From positions 19,818-83,817 of the forward strand of contig JAXHVN010000024.1 of NCBI GenBank assembly GCA_034189165.1: a stretch of 64,000 bases of DNA. The letters are read 5' to 3'. The DNA comes from Pseudomonadota bacterium. GTDB taxonomy: Bacteria; Pseudomonadota; Gammaproteobacteria; UBA5335. Made by a program: the position numbers and the translations under genes. Position 1 is the first letter of the stretch, and every line of letters starts with the position of its first letter. Shown piece after piece: positions 18,850 to 32,769 of this stretch. The notes beneath the pieces were generated by a model. That model saw only the letters and a program-made list of their open reading frames with translations, did not search any database and was not told where the DNA came from.

Positions 18850-19794
18850 CTACAGCGGCGGGATCAGCGCCGGCGCATCCAGCGAGATGAAGTGGCTGGT
18901 GCCGGTGGTTTCCACCACGCGCAGGCCCGGCGCCCGCCGCGCCGCCGTCAGCATGGCCTGCCGGTCGAGGATGCGGTCGGTCTGCGGGATCAGTACGCAG
19001 CCCTGCGGCAGGGTCTCCAGCGCGGCAGGGGGTGTCATGCGCATCCAGTCGCGCAGGTTCATCACGTTCACCAGCGTGATGCGGTCGGTACGCGGGGTGT
19101 AGAGCATCGGGTCGAGCAGCTCGCGCTTGCGCGATGAAAGCGGCCGGAACAGCCAGGGTGCGGCCTGCGTGACCGGCACCTGCCGCGCCGCGGCCAGGCT
19201 GAACGGCAGCAGGAATTCGCCCGCGCCGGTGGCGCCGGTGCCGAGAGCCGCTGCCACCGCGCCGCCCGGCAGCACCGGCGCCTCCAGGATCACCTCGGCC
19301 TCCGCGAAGGCTTCCGGCCGCTGGCGCGCCGCCTCCACCACCACGGCGCCGCCGCGAGAGTGCCCGTGCACGCGGACACGCGCCTGCCCGCGCCAGTGTG
19401 CCAGCGCTTCGTTCAGCACCCAGGCATCGTAGGCGATGGTGCCGGGTGTGTAGGGGTTGTCCGTCGCCCAGTCGGCCTCGCGACGCGGCTGTTCGCCATC
19501 CGGGATGTGATAGCCACCGCTGTTGATGCCGAGATAGGTGAGGGTAGGATCGCGGTAAAGCGCGCCGAAGTAGCGCATGTCCTCGAGAAACCCGTGCATG
19601 CAGATCACCACGGCGCGGGGATTGCCCGTGGCCGTTCGTACGCCGACCGCCGCCTCCCCGGCAGCGAAGATCTCGCCGTCGAAGGGCTCCTGCACGCGCC
19701 GGGGGATGGGGCGGTCGAGCAGGCGGGGCCGCAGGCGGCGCGCGCCGAAGGCGGTGACGGCCGTGGTGGCGGCCAATAGCAGGGGTCTGCGCAT
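18850..19794 (-). CDS. Alpha/beta hydrolase
   Basis: 314 aa with the nucleophile elbow GHSRGG and an N-terminal signal/anchor. Confidence 0.75.
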   Translation of the reverse strand: MRRPLLLAATTAVTAFGARRLRPRLLDRPIPRRVQEPFDGEIFAAGEAAVGVRTATGNPRAVVICMHGFLEDMRYFGALYRDPTLTYLGINSGGYHIPDGEQPRREADWATDNPYTPGTIAYDAWVLNEALAHWRGQARVRVHGHSRGGAVVVEAARQRPEAFAEAEVILEAPVLPGGAVAAALGTGATGAGEFLLPFSLAAARQVPVTQAAPWLFRPLSSRKRELLDPMLYTPRTDRITLVNVMNLRDWMRMTPPAALETLPQGCVLIPQTDRILDRQAMLTAARRAPGLRVVETTGTSHFISLDAPALIPPL

Positions 19795-19953
19795 GAGGCT
19801 CGTCTCTCCTTGGCCGCCGCCAAACCGGGAGACGGGCGGGCGGGGCCGGTGTAGGTTGCGATCTCAGGTATAGGACAAGGCGGGGGCGTCCGGTTCCCCG
19901 CCCTGTCCGCCGGCGGAGCGGATCGGGTCGCGGGCAGCAACGAAGGAGGGCGC

Positions 19954-20523
19954 GTGAAGGCCAACGATGACAGGGTAGCGGTGTTCGTCTACGGCGCGCT
20001 GTTGTGCCATCCGCGCACCCGTGCCGAGGGTGTGATCGCCTCGGTGGCCGACCACAGCGTCGCCTTCACCGTGCGCGGCATCACCCGCTTCGAACCCTCT
20101 TTCGCCAGTCTCGATCCGGCACCCGGCCGAAGGGCCTGGGGCGCGCTGGTCCACTACACACCGGCCGAGTGGGCGAGGATCCGGCGGGACGAACTCAGCT
20201 ATCGCGTGATCACCGTCGAGGCGGTCACCGCCGAGGGTGGGATGGTGGCGGCGCAGGCGTTCTCGGTGCTGGAGACGCATCGGGCCAGGGGATGCGGCCC
20301 GAGCGCGCGCTATGCCGGCCTGCTGCGACAGGGCGCGCAGGGCCTCGGTCTGCCGCCGGAGGTGGTGGCGCAATACGCGGCCCTCGAGCGCGGTGGCAGT
20401 CGCCTGTCGAGCTATGCGCTGCCCTGGCTCAAGCCGTTGTTGATGCCGCTGGTGCGCCGCGTGCACGCTCGCCTGCGCCCCCGCCCAGCGACGCGCACTC
20501 CGGCGCCGGGAAAATCCGGCTGA
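19954..20523 (+). CDS. Gamma-glutamylcyclotransferase-like (AIG2/GGCT fold) protein
   Basis: VFVYGALL N-terminal motif. GTG start preceded by GAAGGAGGG. Confidence 0.6.
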   Translation: MKANDDRVAVFVYGALLCHPRTRAEGVIASVADHSVAFTVRGITRFEPSFASLDPAPGRRAWGALVHYTPAEWARIRRDELSYRVITVEAVTAEGGMVAAQAFSVLETHRARGCGPSARYAGLLRQGAQGLGLPPEVVAQYAALERGGSRLSSYALPWLKPLLMPLVRRVHARLRPRPATRTPAPGKSG

Positions 20524-20606
20524 CCGGTGCCCGATGCGCGCCCGACTTGCGTCCGCGTGCCGGCCGCGCCTTTGGCAACGGCTGTCAGTGCGGCGACAAT
20601 GCGTGG

Positions 20607-21320
20607 ATGAGCAAGCCCTCCGACATGCCCCTGACCGATCCCGTCCCCGAGCCGCCGGCCCTGCGTGCCGTCCTGCGGCGGCGGGCGGAGGTGGCCCGCG
20701 AGGTCTGGGCGCTGGTGCTGGAGCTGCCCGAGCCGATCGACTTCGCGCCGGGGCAGTTCGCGCGTGTGGACGTGGCGCCGGGCGAGTGGCGCGATTACTC
20801 CATCGCCCGGCTGGATGGCCGCGAGCTGACGCTGCTGATCGATACGGCCTTCGGCGGCGCCGGCGGCGAATTCGTGGCGACGCTCGCGGTGGGGGATGCG
20901 GTGTCGCTACGGGCACCGCTGGGCGAATTCCGGCTGATGGAATCGCCGCGGCCGAAGGTGTTCATCGCCACGGGCACGGGATTGGCGCCGCTGCTGCCGA
21001 TGCTGCAGCAGCTGGCCGACCAGCGTCACAGCCTGCCGGTGCGGCTGTTCTTCGGCTGCGCCACGCGTGATCGCAACTTCCTGCCGGTCTACCTGCCGGC
21101 ATTGCGGTCGCTGAAGCTCCACGCCCGGCTCTGCCTGACGCGGGAATCCTCGTGCCAGGCCGCGGAATTCTGTGGCCGCGTGACCCAGGCCGTGGCTGAG
21201 GCCGGGCTCGACTGGCCCGGTAGCGACATCTATGCCGCCGGTAATCCGCAGATGGTGGCGGACATCCAGACGCTGGCGGCCCGCCACCAGGCACGACACC
21301 TGTATACGGAAGGCTACTGA
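20607..21320 (+). CDS. Ferredoxin-NADP reductase-type FAD/NAD(P)-binding oxidoreductase
   Basis: 237 aa with the FAD motif RDYSI and the NAD motif FIATGTGLAP. I chose the internal ATG at 20607 of ORF 20004..21320. Confidence 0.75.
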   Translation: MSKPSDMPLTDPVPEPPALRAVLRRRAEVAREVWALVLELPEPIDFAPGQFARVDVAPGEWRDYSIARLDGRELTLLIDTAFGGAGGEFVATLAVGDAVSLRAPLGEFRLMESPRPKVFIATGTGLAPLLPMLQQLADQRHSLPVRLFFGCATRDRNFLPVYLPALRSLKLHARLCLTRESSCQAAEFCGRVTQAVAEAGLDWPGSDIYAAGNPQMVADIQTLAARHQARHLYTEGY

Positions 21321-21356
21321 TAGCCTTCGGCTATCGCGGGCAGAGAGACGATTGGC

Positions 21357-21384
21357 TTGATCTGCGAATGAGAACCATTATCGT
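21357..21384 (+). promoter_or_regulatory. Candidate promoter (TTGATC-16-TATCGT) overlapped by a Fur-like box (21364..21382)
   Basis: GCGAATGAGAACCATTATC matches the 19-bp Fur consensus GATAATGATAATCATTATC at 15 positions. It lies 34 nt upstream of the DUF2061 ATG. Confidence 0.45.
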
Positions 21385-21415
21385 TTGAGTCCTGTGCCAC
21401 GTGCAGGAGCGCCCG

Positions 21416-21646
21416 ATGATCAAGACCCTCACCTTTGCCCTGATGCATTTCACCGTCGCCTTCCTGGTCGGTTATGGCCTTACCGGCAGCGTCACCGTCG
21501 GTGGTGCCATCGCGCTGGTGGAACCGGCGTGCAATACCGTGGCCTACTTCTTCCATGAACGCTTCTGGGAGCGTCGGCGGGCCCGGCGCGCGTCGGCCGC
21601 CCGGCTCCTGCCGGCGCCCGCGTCTGGCCTGTGCGTGATGCGGTAG
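21416..21646 (+). CDS. DUF2061 family membrane protein
   Basis: KTLTFALMHFTVAFLVGYGLTGS...YFFHERFWE is the typical DUF2061 pattern. CAGGAG RBS. Confidence 0.65.
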   Translation: MIKTLTFALMHFTVAFLVGYGLTGSVTVGGAIALVEPACNTVAYFFHERFWERRRARRASAARLLPAPASGLCVMR

Positions 21647-21733
21647 GCCGCGGGAACCCGTCGCCCGGCGGCGGCGCCTCAGCAGGACAGCCACCGGCGC
21701 CGCCTCGGTGGCGCCATCAGCAGGAACTCGCAG

Positions 21734-23827
<2,094 letters not shown>

Positions 23828-23834
23828 CCGCCGG

Positions 23835-24683
23835 CTAGTAGCCGCGCCGCGCCGCCAGCCGCTCGATCCGCCGTTGCAGCCGCGGCCGCAGCCGGGCGGT
23901 GGCCGCGATCATGGTGCCGGGGAAGAACCGGCGCACATGCCGCACCAGGCGCGCATCCCAGGTCGGCATCACGTACAGCCGGTTGCGGGCGATCTGCCGC
24001 AGCGCGCTGGCAGCGATGCGCTCGGGCGTCACCGGGTTGCCCTCCAGCGCCATGCGGGTAATGCCCTGCAACGCCGGCGTCGCCACGCGGGTGCGCTGGT
24101 AGAGGTTGGTGCGCACGAAGCTCGGGCAGATCACCGAGACGCGTACCCGCTGCGGCGCGAGTTCCGCCCGCAGCGTCTCCGAGAGCATCACCACCCCGGC
24201 CTTGGACACGTTGTAGAGCGCCATCCCCGGCATGGCGCCAAAGGCGGCGAGCGAGCCGGTGTTCACCAGATGCCCGCCGCCCTGCGCGAGCATGATGCGG
24301 CCGAAGCTGCGGCAGCCGTTGACCACGCCCAGCAGGTTGATGTCGAGCAGCCAGCGCCAGTCCGCCGGCGGAATGTCGAGGAAGTCGCCGCCGCTGGCGA
24401 CGCCGGCGTTGTTGAAGGCCAGGTCGATGCGGCCCATCCAGTCGCGGCTGGTGCTGGCCAGTGCCTCGACCGCATCGGCGTCGGCGACATCGCAGGTGAT
24501 GCAGCGGGCCTGCGCGCCCCGCGCCTCCAGCTCCCGGCAGACGGCCTCACCCTCGCCGGCATCGAGATCCGCCACCACCACCTGCGCCGCCCCGGCCTCG
24601 GCCATGCCCAGCGCAAACGCCCGGCCGAGCCCGCTCGCGCCGCCGGTCACCACGACGCGCTTACCTCGATAGTAGTCTCGCAT
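23835..24683 (-). CDS. Short-chain dehydrogenase/reductase (classical SDR)
   Basis: TGGASGLG, NNAG and YNVSK motifs. Same strand as, and downstream of, pmoCAB-MAPEG. Confidence 0.85.
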   Translation of the reverse strand: MRDYYRGKRVVVTGGASGLGRAFALGMAEAGAAQVVVADLDAGEGEAVCRELEARGAQARCITCDVADADAVEALASTSRDWMGRIDLAFNNAGVASGGDFLDIPPADWRWLLDINLLGVVNGCRSFGRIMLAQGGGHLVNTGSLAAFGAMPGMALYNVSKAGVVMLSETLRAELAPQRVRVSVICPSFVRTNLYQRTRVATPALQGITRMALEGNPVTPERIAASALRQIARNRLYVMPTWDARLVRHVRRFFPGTMIAATARLRPRLQRRIERLAARRGY

Positions 24684-24780
24684 GCTGAACGCTCCCCGCT
24701 TTGCTGACCCTGAGCATAGGACAGGACTCGCGCCGTTCGAGCCGGCCCATCGCCAGCGGCCTGGCGGCGCGTCGGGGGTG

Positions 24781-25158
24781 CTAGTTCATGATCTGCAATA
24801 GCGCCCAGAGGCTGGCCACCAGTTCCAGCAGATAGGTCAGGCCGGCGCCGCTGCGCCGCGCCGGCCGCACGCCGGCGAGCATGCCGGCGGCGTGGAGCAG
24901 TCGCGTCAGCAGGAAGGCGAGCACCAGCGCCAGCATCGCGCCTTCGTTCGCGCCCTCCAGCACCAGCGCCAGTACCAGCAGGCCAACCGGCATGCCGTGC
25001 TCGACCAGGTTCGCGTGGGCACGGATGGCCCTGCGCAGCGCCTCGATGTCGCCGTGGCCGAAGGACACCTGATGACGCACCCGCAGGCGTGAAATATTGA
25101 TCGACAGCGCCAGCAGCAGCAGCATTGTCAGCGCCGCGTACAGCGTGAACACCCACAT
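24781..25158 (-). CDS. MAPEG family membrane protein (YecN-like)
   Basis: 125 aa with 3-4 TM helices, collinear with E. coli YecN (RLRxxxxVxxGxG...A.R.H.N..E). The start is 41 nt after the pmoB stop, with its own RBS. Confidence 0.75.
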   Translation of the reverse strand: MWVFTLYAALTMLLLLALSINISRLRVRHQVSFGHGDIEALRRAIRAHANLVEHGMPVGLLVLALVLEGANEGAMLALVLAFLLTRLLHAAGMLAGVRPARRSGAGLTYLLELVASLWALLQIMN

Positions 25159-25199
25159 CGCTCCCTCTCCCCTGTCAGAGCCCGCGGCGGCCGCGAGCC

Positions 25200-26525
25200 T
25201 CAGGCGTCCGGCCGCATGCCGGGCAGCGGTGAGCGTACCAGCTGCAGGTTGTCGAGTTGCTCTGACCCAGCGGGCGTGATGCTGAACTCCGGCGTGATGC
25301 GGGTGCCGATCTCGCGCACGTAGCGATTGCCGGCCGGGTCGTAGAAGAACAGCAGACCGGCGATGCGAAGATCCGGCTCGGCCACGATGTCCACCAGCCG
25401 CTGTTCCTCCCAGATCGCATCTTCCAGCTGCAGCGTCAGCCGCGTGCTGGCTCCCGGCGCCAGCGTCCGGCGGTTCACGCTGAGGCTATCCGGGGCCACC
25501 ATGTCGTAGTCGTCCTCGCGCCGCGCCTCGACGACCTCACCGTTGGTGAAGCGCACGTAGCCGGCCACGAACTGCCCCACGGCCAGCGGCGTCTCGGTGC
25601 CGTTGGCGACGGTGAGATCCAGGGTGAGCGTGCGCCGCGGCAGGTTGAAGCGGGCCTGGTGGATCTCGATGTCGATCGGCGCCTGTGCGCCCGGCAGTGG
25701 CAGCACCGGCGCCTCCACGCGCCCGGTCTGCAGCGGCATGGTGATGGGATAGCGAGCGTTCGCCCACAGCGCGATACCGGCGGTCAGCCCCAGCACCAGC
25801 GCCAGGAACAGCCCGCTGACGATGATGTCCTGCCAGCCGATCAGGCGGCGTTCCGCCTCCGCCTCGCCCAGCTCCTGCACCGCCACATAGCGTCGCATCA
25901 TCACCGGCAGGCGACGGAACCAGTACCCGATCCACAGCAACCCGACCAGCAGCCACACCAGATGCACGCCCGACATGGTGCGCAGCCCGTACTGCTCGAC
26001 CTCGACGCGCTCGCCGTTCAGCAGCACCGCCTCGTTGACGAAATGCGCCGCATCGCCGGTGATCTCGACGAAATGCGCCGGTCCGATCACCGGCCCGGCC
26101 TCCCAGACGTTCACCAGCGGATGCACGTGCCAGATGCCCGGCACACGCGCCTTCAGTTTCACCTCGTAATCGTAGAACTCGCCCCGCCGCAGCGCCGTGG
26201 ACTGCAGCTGACGCATGCCATTGATGGTGGTATCGAGCCGAATGAAGGTCGGCCCCGGCACGCCGATGTTCAGGAATACCCACTCCTCCGGCTTGGCCAC
26301 GTAGTCCGGCCAGTGTTCGGAGACCTTGAAGCGCCCACGCACGGTCACCACCTCGTTTACCGCTACTTGGCGGGGCTCGATCTGCGTGTCGAACCAGTGG
26401 ATGGTACGCATGCGGATGCCCGCCATCTGAGCGATCTCGCCGTGGGCGAAGGTGGCCGGCGGCAACGCCAGCAGCAGGAGCAGCGGGGCGGCGAGCAGGC
26501 ACCGCACGAGGCGTGGACCGGACAT
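25200..26525 (-). CDS. pmoB: Copper membrane monooxygenase subunit B (PmoB/AmoB family)
   Basis: Signal peptide ...PPATFA followed by HGE, then RTIHW, WHVHP, two central TM helices and a C-terminal cupredoxin-like domain (AGLLFFYDPAGNR). I chose the internal ATG at 26525 of ORF 25200..27242, with a GGAGG RBS. Confidence 0.9.
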   Translation of the reverse strand: MSGPRLVRCLLAAPLLLLLALPPATFAHGEIAQMAGIRMRTIHWFDTQIEPRQVAVNEVVTVRGRFKVSEHWPDYVAKPEEWVFLNIGVPGPTFIRLDTTINGMRQLQSTALRRGEFYDYEVKLKARVPGIWHVHPLVNVWEAGPVIGPAHFVEITGDAAHFVNEAVLLNGERVEVEQYGLRTMSGVHLVWLLVGLLWIGYWFRRLPVMMRRYVAVQELGEAEAERRLIGWQDIIVSGLFLALVLGLTAGIALWANARYPITMPLQTGRVEAPVLPLPGAQAPIDIEIHQARFNLPRRTLTLDLTVANGTETPLAVGQFVAGYVRFTNGEVVEARREDDYDMVAPDSLSVNRRTLAPGASTRLTLQLEDAIWEEQRLVDIVAEPDLRIAGLLFFYDPAGNRYVREIGTRITPEFSITPAGSEQLDNLQLVRSPLPGMRPDA

Positions 26526-26536
26526 TGGCGGCCTCC

Positions 26537-27325
26537 TCAGAGCAGCTTGGTCATGAAGGCCGGTCGGGCGCTCTTCGAGCCGATCCACACGAAGACGTAG
26601 TACACGAGGATCGCGAAGAATCCGGCGACGAAGGCGGTGACCGGCGCGACATGGCCACCGAAGGTGCGCAGGGTGCCGTATTCGATGATGCGCACATATT
26701 CGGGCATCGCCGTGCGGATGTACTGGAAGCCCATGTAGTCGGCCAGCGTGATCACCGATTCGCCCACCTGCACCGGCATGTGCATGGGCGCCACGGTCGG
26801 CCAGTTCATGGGATAGAACAGCAGCCCGAAGAAGAATCCGCCGACCAGGCCGGTGATGGCGAAGCTGCGCGTGATCAGCAGCGTCGCGTCGAGGAACACC
26901 GCGGCGCCGATCCACACCTCCGGCATCACCCAGTTCATCGGAAAGCCGGTGAACAGGTGGAAGTTCACGTAGCGGCTGATCATCTGCGAGAGCAGGTAGC
27001 CCACGGCGACCGCCGTGGCCGCCACCGGCAGCTTGAAGTACTTCCAGAAGGCGTAGGTGAGCACCGCCGGCAGCGTCAGCAGTAGCAGCGGCGTCAGCAG
27101 CGGCCACCAGCGGCGATCGCGCCAGTCCTGCCAGTAGCTCCAATCGCCGATCGTGAGCGCCCCGAGGAACACGGCGGCGCCGCCGATGAGGATCGCGATC
27201 AGCGGGAAGAACATCAGGTCGATGTTCTTCCATGCCTCCCACTGCTCGCGCGCCGTGTGCAGCGCCGGCCTGGCCGGCGGCGGCGCGGCGTCTGCCTGCG
27301 GATTGAGTTCCAGAGCCATCATCAC
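26537..27325 (-). CDS. pmoA: Copper membrane monooxygenase subunit A (PmoA/AmoA family)
   Basis: 262 aa, collinear with PmoA (GDWSYWQDWRDRRWW, FYPMNWP, PEYVRIIEYGTLRTFG). GGAGGTG RBS. Confidence 0.9.
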   Translation of the reverse strand: MMMALELNPQADAAPPPARPALHTAREQWEAWKNIDLMFFPLIAILIGGAAVFLGALTIGDWSYWQDWRDRRWWPLLTPLLLLTLPAVLTYAFWKYFKLPVAATAVAVGYLLSQMISRYVNFHLFTGFPMNWVMPEVWIGAAVFLDATLLITRSFAITGLVGGFFFGLLFYPMNWPTVAPMHMPVQVGESVITLADYMGFQYIRTAMPEYVRIIEYGTLRTFGGHVAPVTAFVAGFFAILVYYVFVWIGSKSARPAFMTKLL

Positions 27326-27398
27326 CTCCTGACGGTGGCGCCGTGGCGGGCAGTGGCCCGCGCGGCCGGCGCCCGGCGCATCCCTGTGTCTGCTGGGC

Positions 27399-28223
27399 CT
27401 AGTGCTCGGCGGCCAGGCGTTCGATTTCCTCGTAGGAGACGACGTGCATCAGCTCGCGCATGCGCTGCAGGCACTGCACGACGAAGCCGATCAGGAACAC
27501 GAGGAAGAAGCCGGCCAGCACGAAGAACCAGTGCACCGGCGCGGCGAACAGTTCTTCCGCATAGAAAAAGGTGTGCGCCCATTCGTTGAAGGCCACCACC
27601 GGGCCGACCATCATGAAGCCGAGGATGGCGACCGAGAACGGCACCGAGATGCGGCTGGTGAAGATCGGCAGGCGCGTGTGCACCCAGATCCACGCCAGGA
27701 TCAGCGCGCCCCAGGCGACGGGAATGCCGAGGTAGAACAGGAAGATGTGCGTCGGCGTGAAGTCGGTATCGCGCACCACCACCTGATGCCAGGCGGCATC
27801 CGCCTCGGTCAGCAGCCCCAGCGCGCTGACGATGGCGATCGCGGCGACGGTGAGGATGCCGAACATCGCGTAGAACCGGCGCAGTTCATCGTGCGGCGAG
27901 AGCGACATGATGTCGCGGTCCCGCGTCAGCCACAGCGCCAGCGCGCCGAGTCCGCCGAGCACCGGGATCGCGATGATCTCGGTGTAGAAGATCGACATCC
28001 AGTAGGTCTGGAACTCGTCGGAAAACGAGTCCATGCCGACGGACCAGGAAAAGGCGTGCTGGTACCACTTGACGGCCGTCAGCGCCGCGAACACCAGGGC
28101 AGTGATGCCCAGCGCCCAGCCCCAGGGGACGCGGGGCGGCCCCTCGGTCGGTGGGGGCGCATCGGGCCGCCGTGCGAGTGGACGGCTCCGGCTGGTACCG
28201 ATGTCCTGCGTGATGCTGCTCAT
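27399..28223 (-). CDS. pmoC: Copper membrane monooxygenase subunit C (PmoC/AmoC family)
   Basis: 274 aa from the ATG at 28223 (AGGAGAG RBS), with VRDTDFTPTH and NEWAHTFFYAEELFAAPVHW motifs. Confidence 0.9.
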   Translation of the reverse strand: MSSITQDIGTSRSRPLARRPDAPPPTEGPPRVPWGWALGITALVFAALTAVKWYQHAFSWSVGMDSFSDEFQTYWMSIFYTEIIAIPVLGGLGALALWLTRDRDIMSLSPHDELRRFYAMFGILTVAAIAIVSALGLLTEADAAWHQVVVRDTDFTPTHIFLFYLGIPVAWGALILAWIWVHTRLPIFTSRISVPFSVAILGFMMVGPVVAFNEWAHTFFYAEELFAAPVHWFFVLAGFFLVFLIGFVVQCLQRMRELMHVVSYEEIERLAAEH

Positions 28224-28281
28224 TGTCTGTCTCTCCTGCGCTCGCAGGGCGAGCGCGCCGGTGGTGTTCGAACGACCCATG

Positions 28282-28310
28282 ACATATCGACTGACTGAAC
28301 GGTCGTTTAA
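28282..28310 (-). promoter_or_regulatory. Candidate promoter of pmoCAB (TTAAAC-17-ATATGT), sharing a sequence block with the orphan pmoC promoter
   Basis: The minus strand reads ATTAAACGACCGTTCAGTCAGTCGATATGT, compared with ATTGAACGTTCGTTCAGGCCGATCTATCTA at 12379..12410. An alternative TTGACA-17-TAGCCA lies about 30 nt further upstream. Confidence 0.35.
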
Positions 28311-28404
28311 TTCATGGCTAGTAGCGGCCCGGTCTGATGTCAAGGGACACGACGGCGCAGCGCGAGCTCGGTAGCATGAGTGCGGGCGTTCGGGAGCCGG
28401 CGGT

Positions 28405-28872
28405 ATGGGCAACAAGCAGATCGTGGTGGTGGCGCACGCGCCGTCACCGAACACGCGGCGGATGCTGGACGCCCTCCTGCGCGGGGCGGCCCTTCCGGAC
28501 ATCGATGGCATCGAGGTGTGTCACGTGGCGCCGCTGGAGGCAGGGCCGGAGGACGTGCGCGAGGCGGATGCCGTGATCTTCGGCACGCCGGAGAACCTCG
28601 GTTACATGAGCGGCGCCCTGAAGGATTTCTTCGATCGCAGCTACAACGCGCTGCTCGATTGCACGCAGGGCAAGCCCTACGCGCTCTACGTGCGGGCCGG
28701 CAAGGATGGCACCGGCACGCTGCGCGGCGTGGAGACGATCCTTACCGGGCTGCGCTGGCGCGCCGTGCAGGCGCCGCTGGTGTGCCGGGGCGAGTTCGAC
28801 GAGCGCTTCATCGCCCAGTGCGAGGAGCTGGGCACGACCGTGGCCGCAGGGCTGGAAGCCGGTGTCTTCTAG
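28405..28872 (+). CDS. Flavodoxin-like NAD(P)H-dependent FMN reductase family protein
   Basis: 155 aa with a flavodoxin-fold pattern (IVVVAHAPSPNT...ADAVIFGTPENLGYMSG). Divergent from pmoC. Confidence 0.7.
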   Translation: MGNKQIVVVAHAPSPNTRRMLDALLRGAALPDIDGIEVCHVAPLEAGPEDVREADAVIFGTPENLGYMSGALKDFFDRSYNALLDCTQGKPYALYVRAGKDGTGTLRGVETILTGLRWRAVQAPLVCRGEFDERFIAQCEELGTTVAAGLEAGVF

Positions 28873-28897
28873 TCCCGGCGCACCACAGGGAGCAGGC

Positions 28898-32758
<3,861 letters not shown>

Positions 32759-32769
<11 letters not shown>

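Noticed and set aside
26526-27242. An N-terminal extension of the pmoB ORF (the 680-aa version), which overlaps all of pmoA.
   Set aside because: The extension is out of frame with pmoA and looks like low-complexity Arg/His/Ala sequence. A canonical signal peptide with a GGAGG RBS begins at the internal ATG at 26525.
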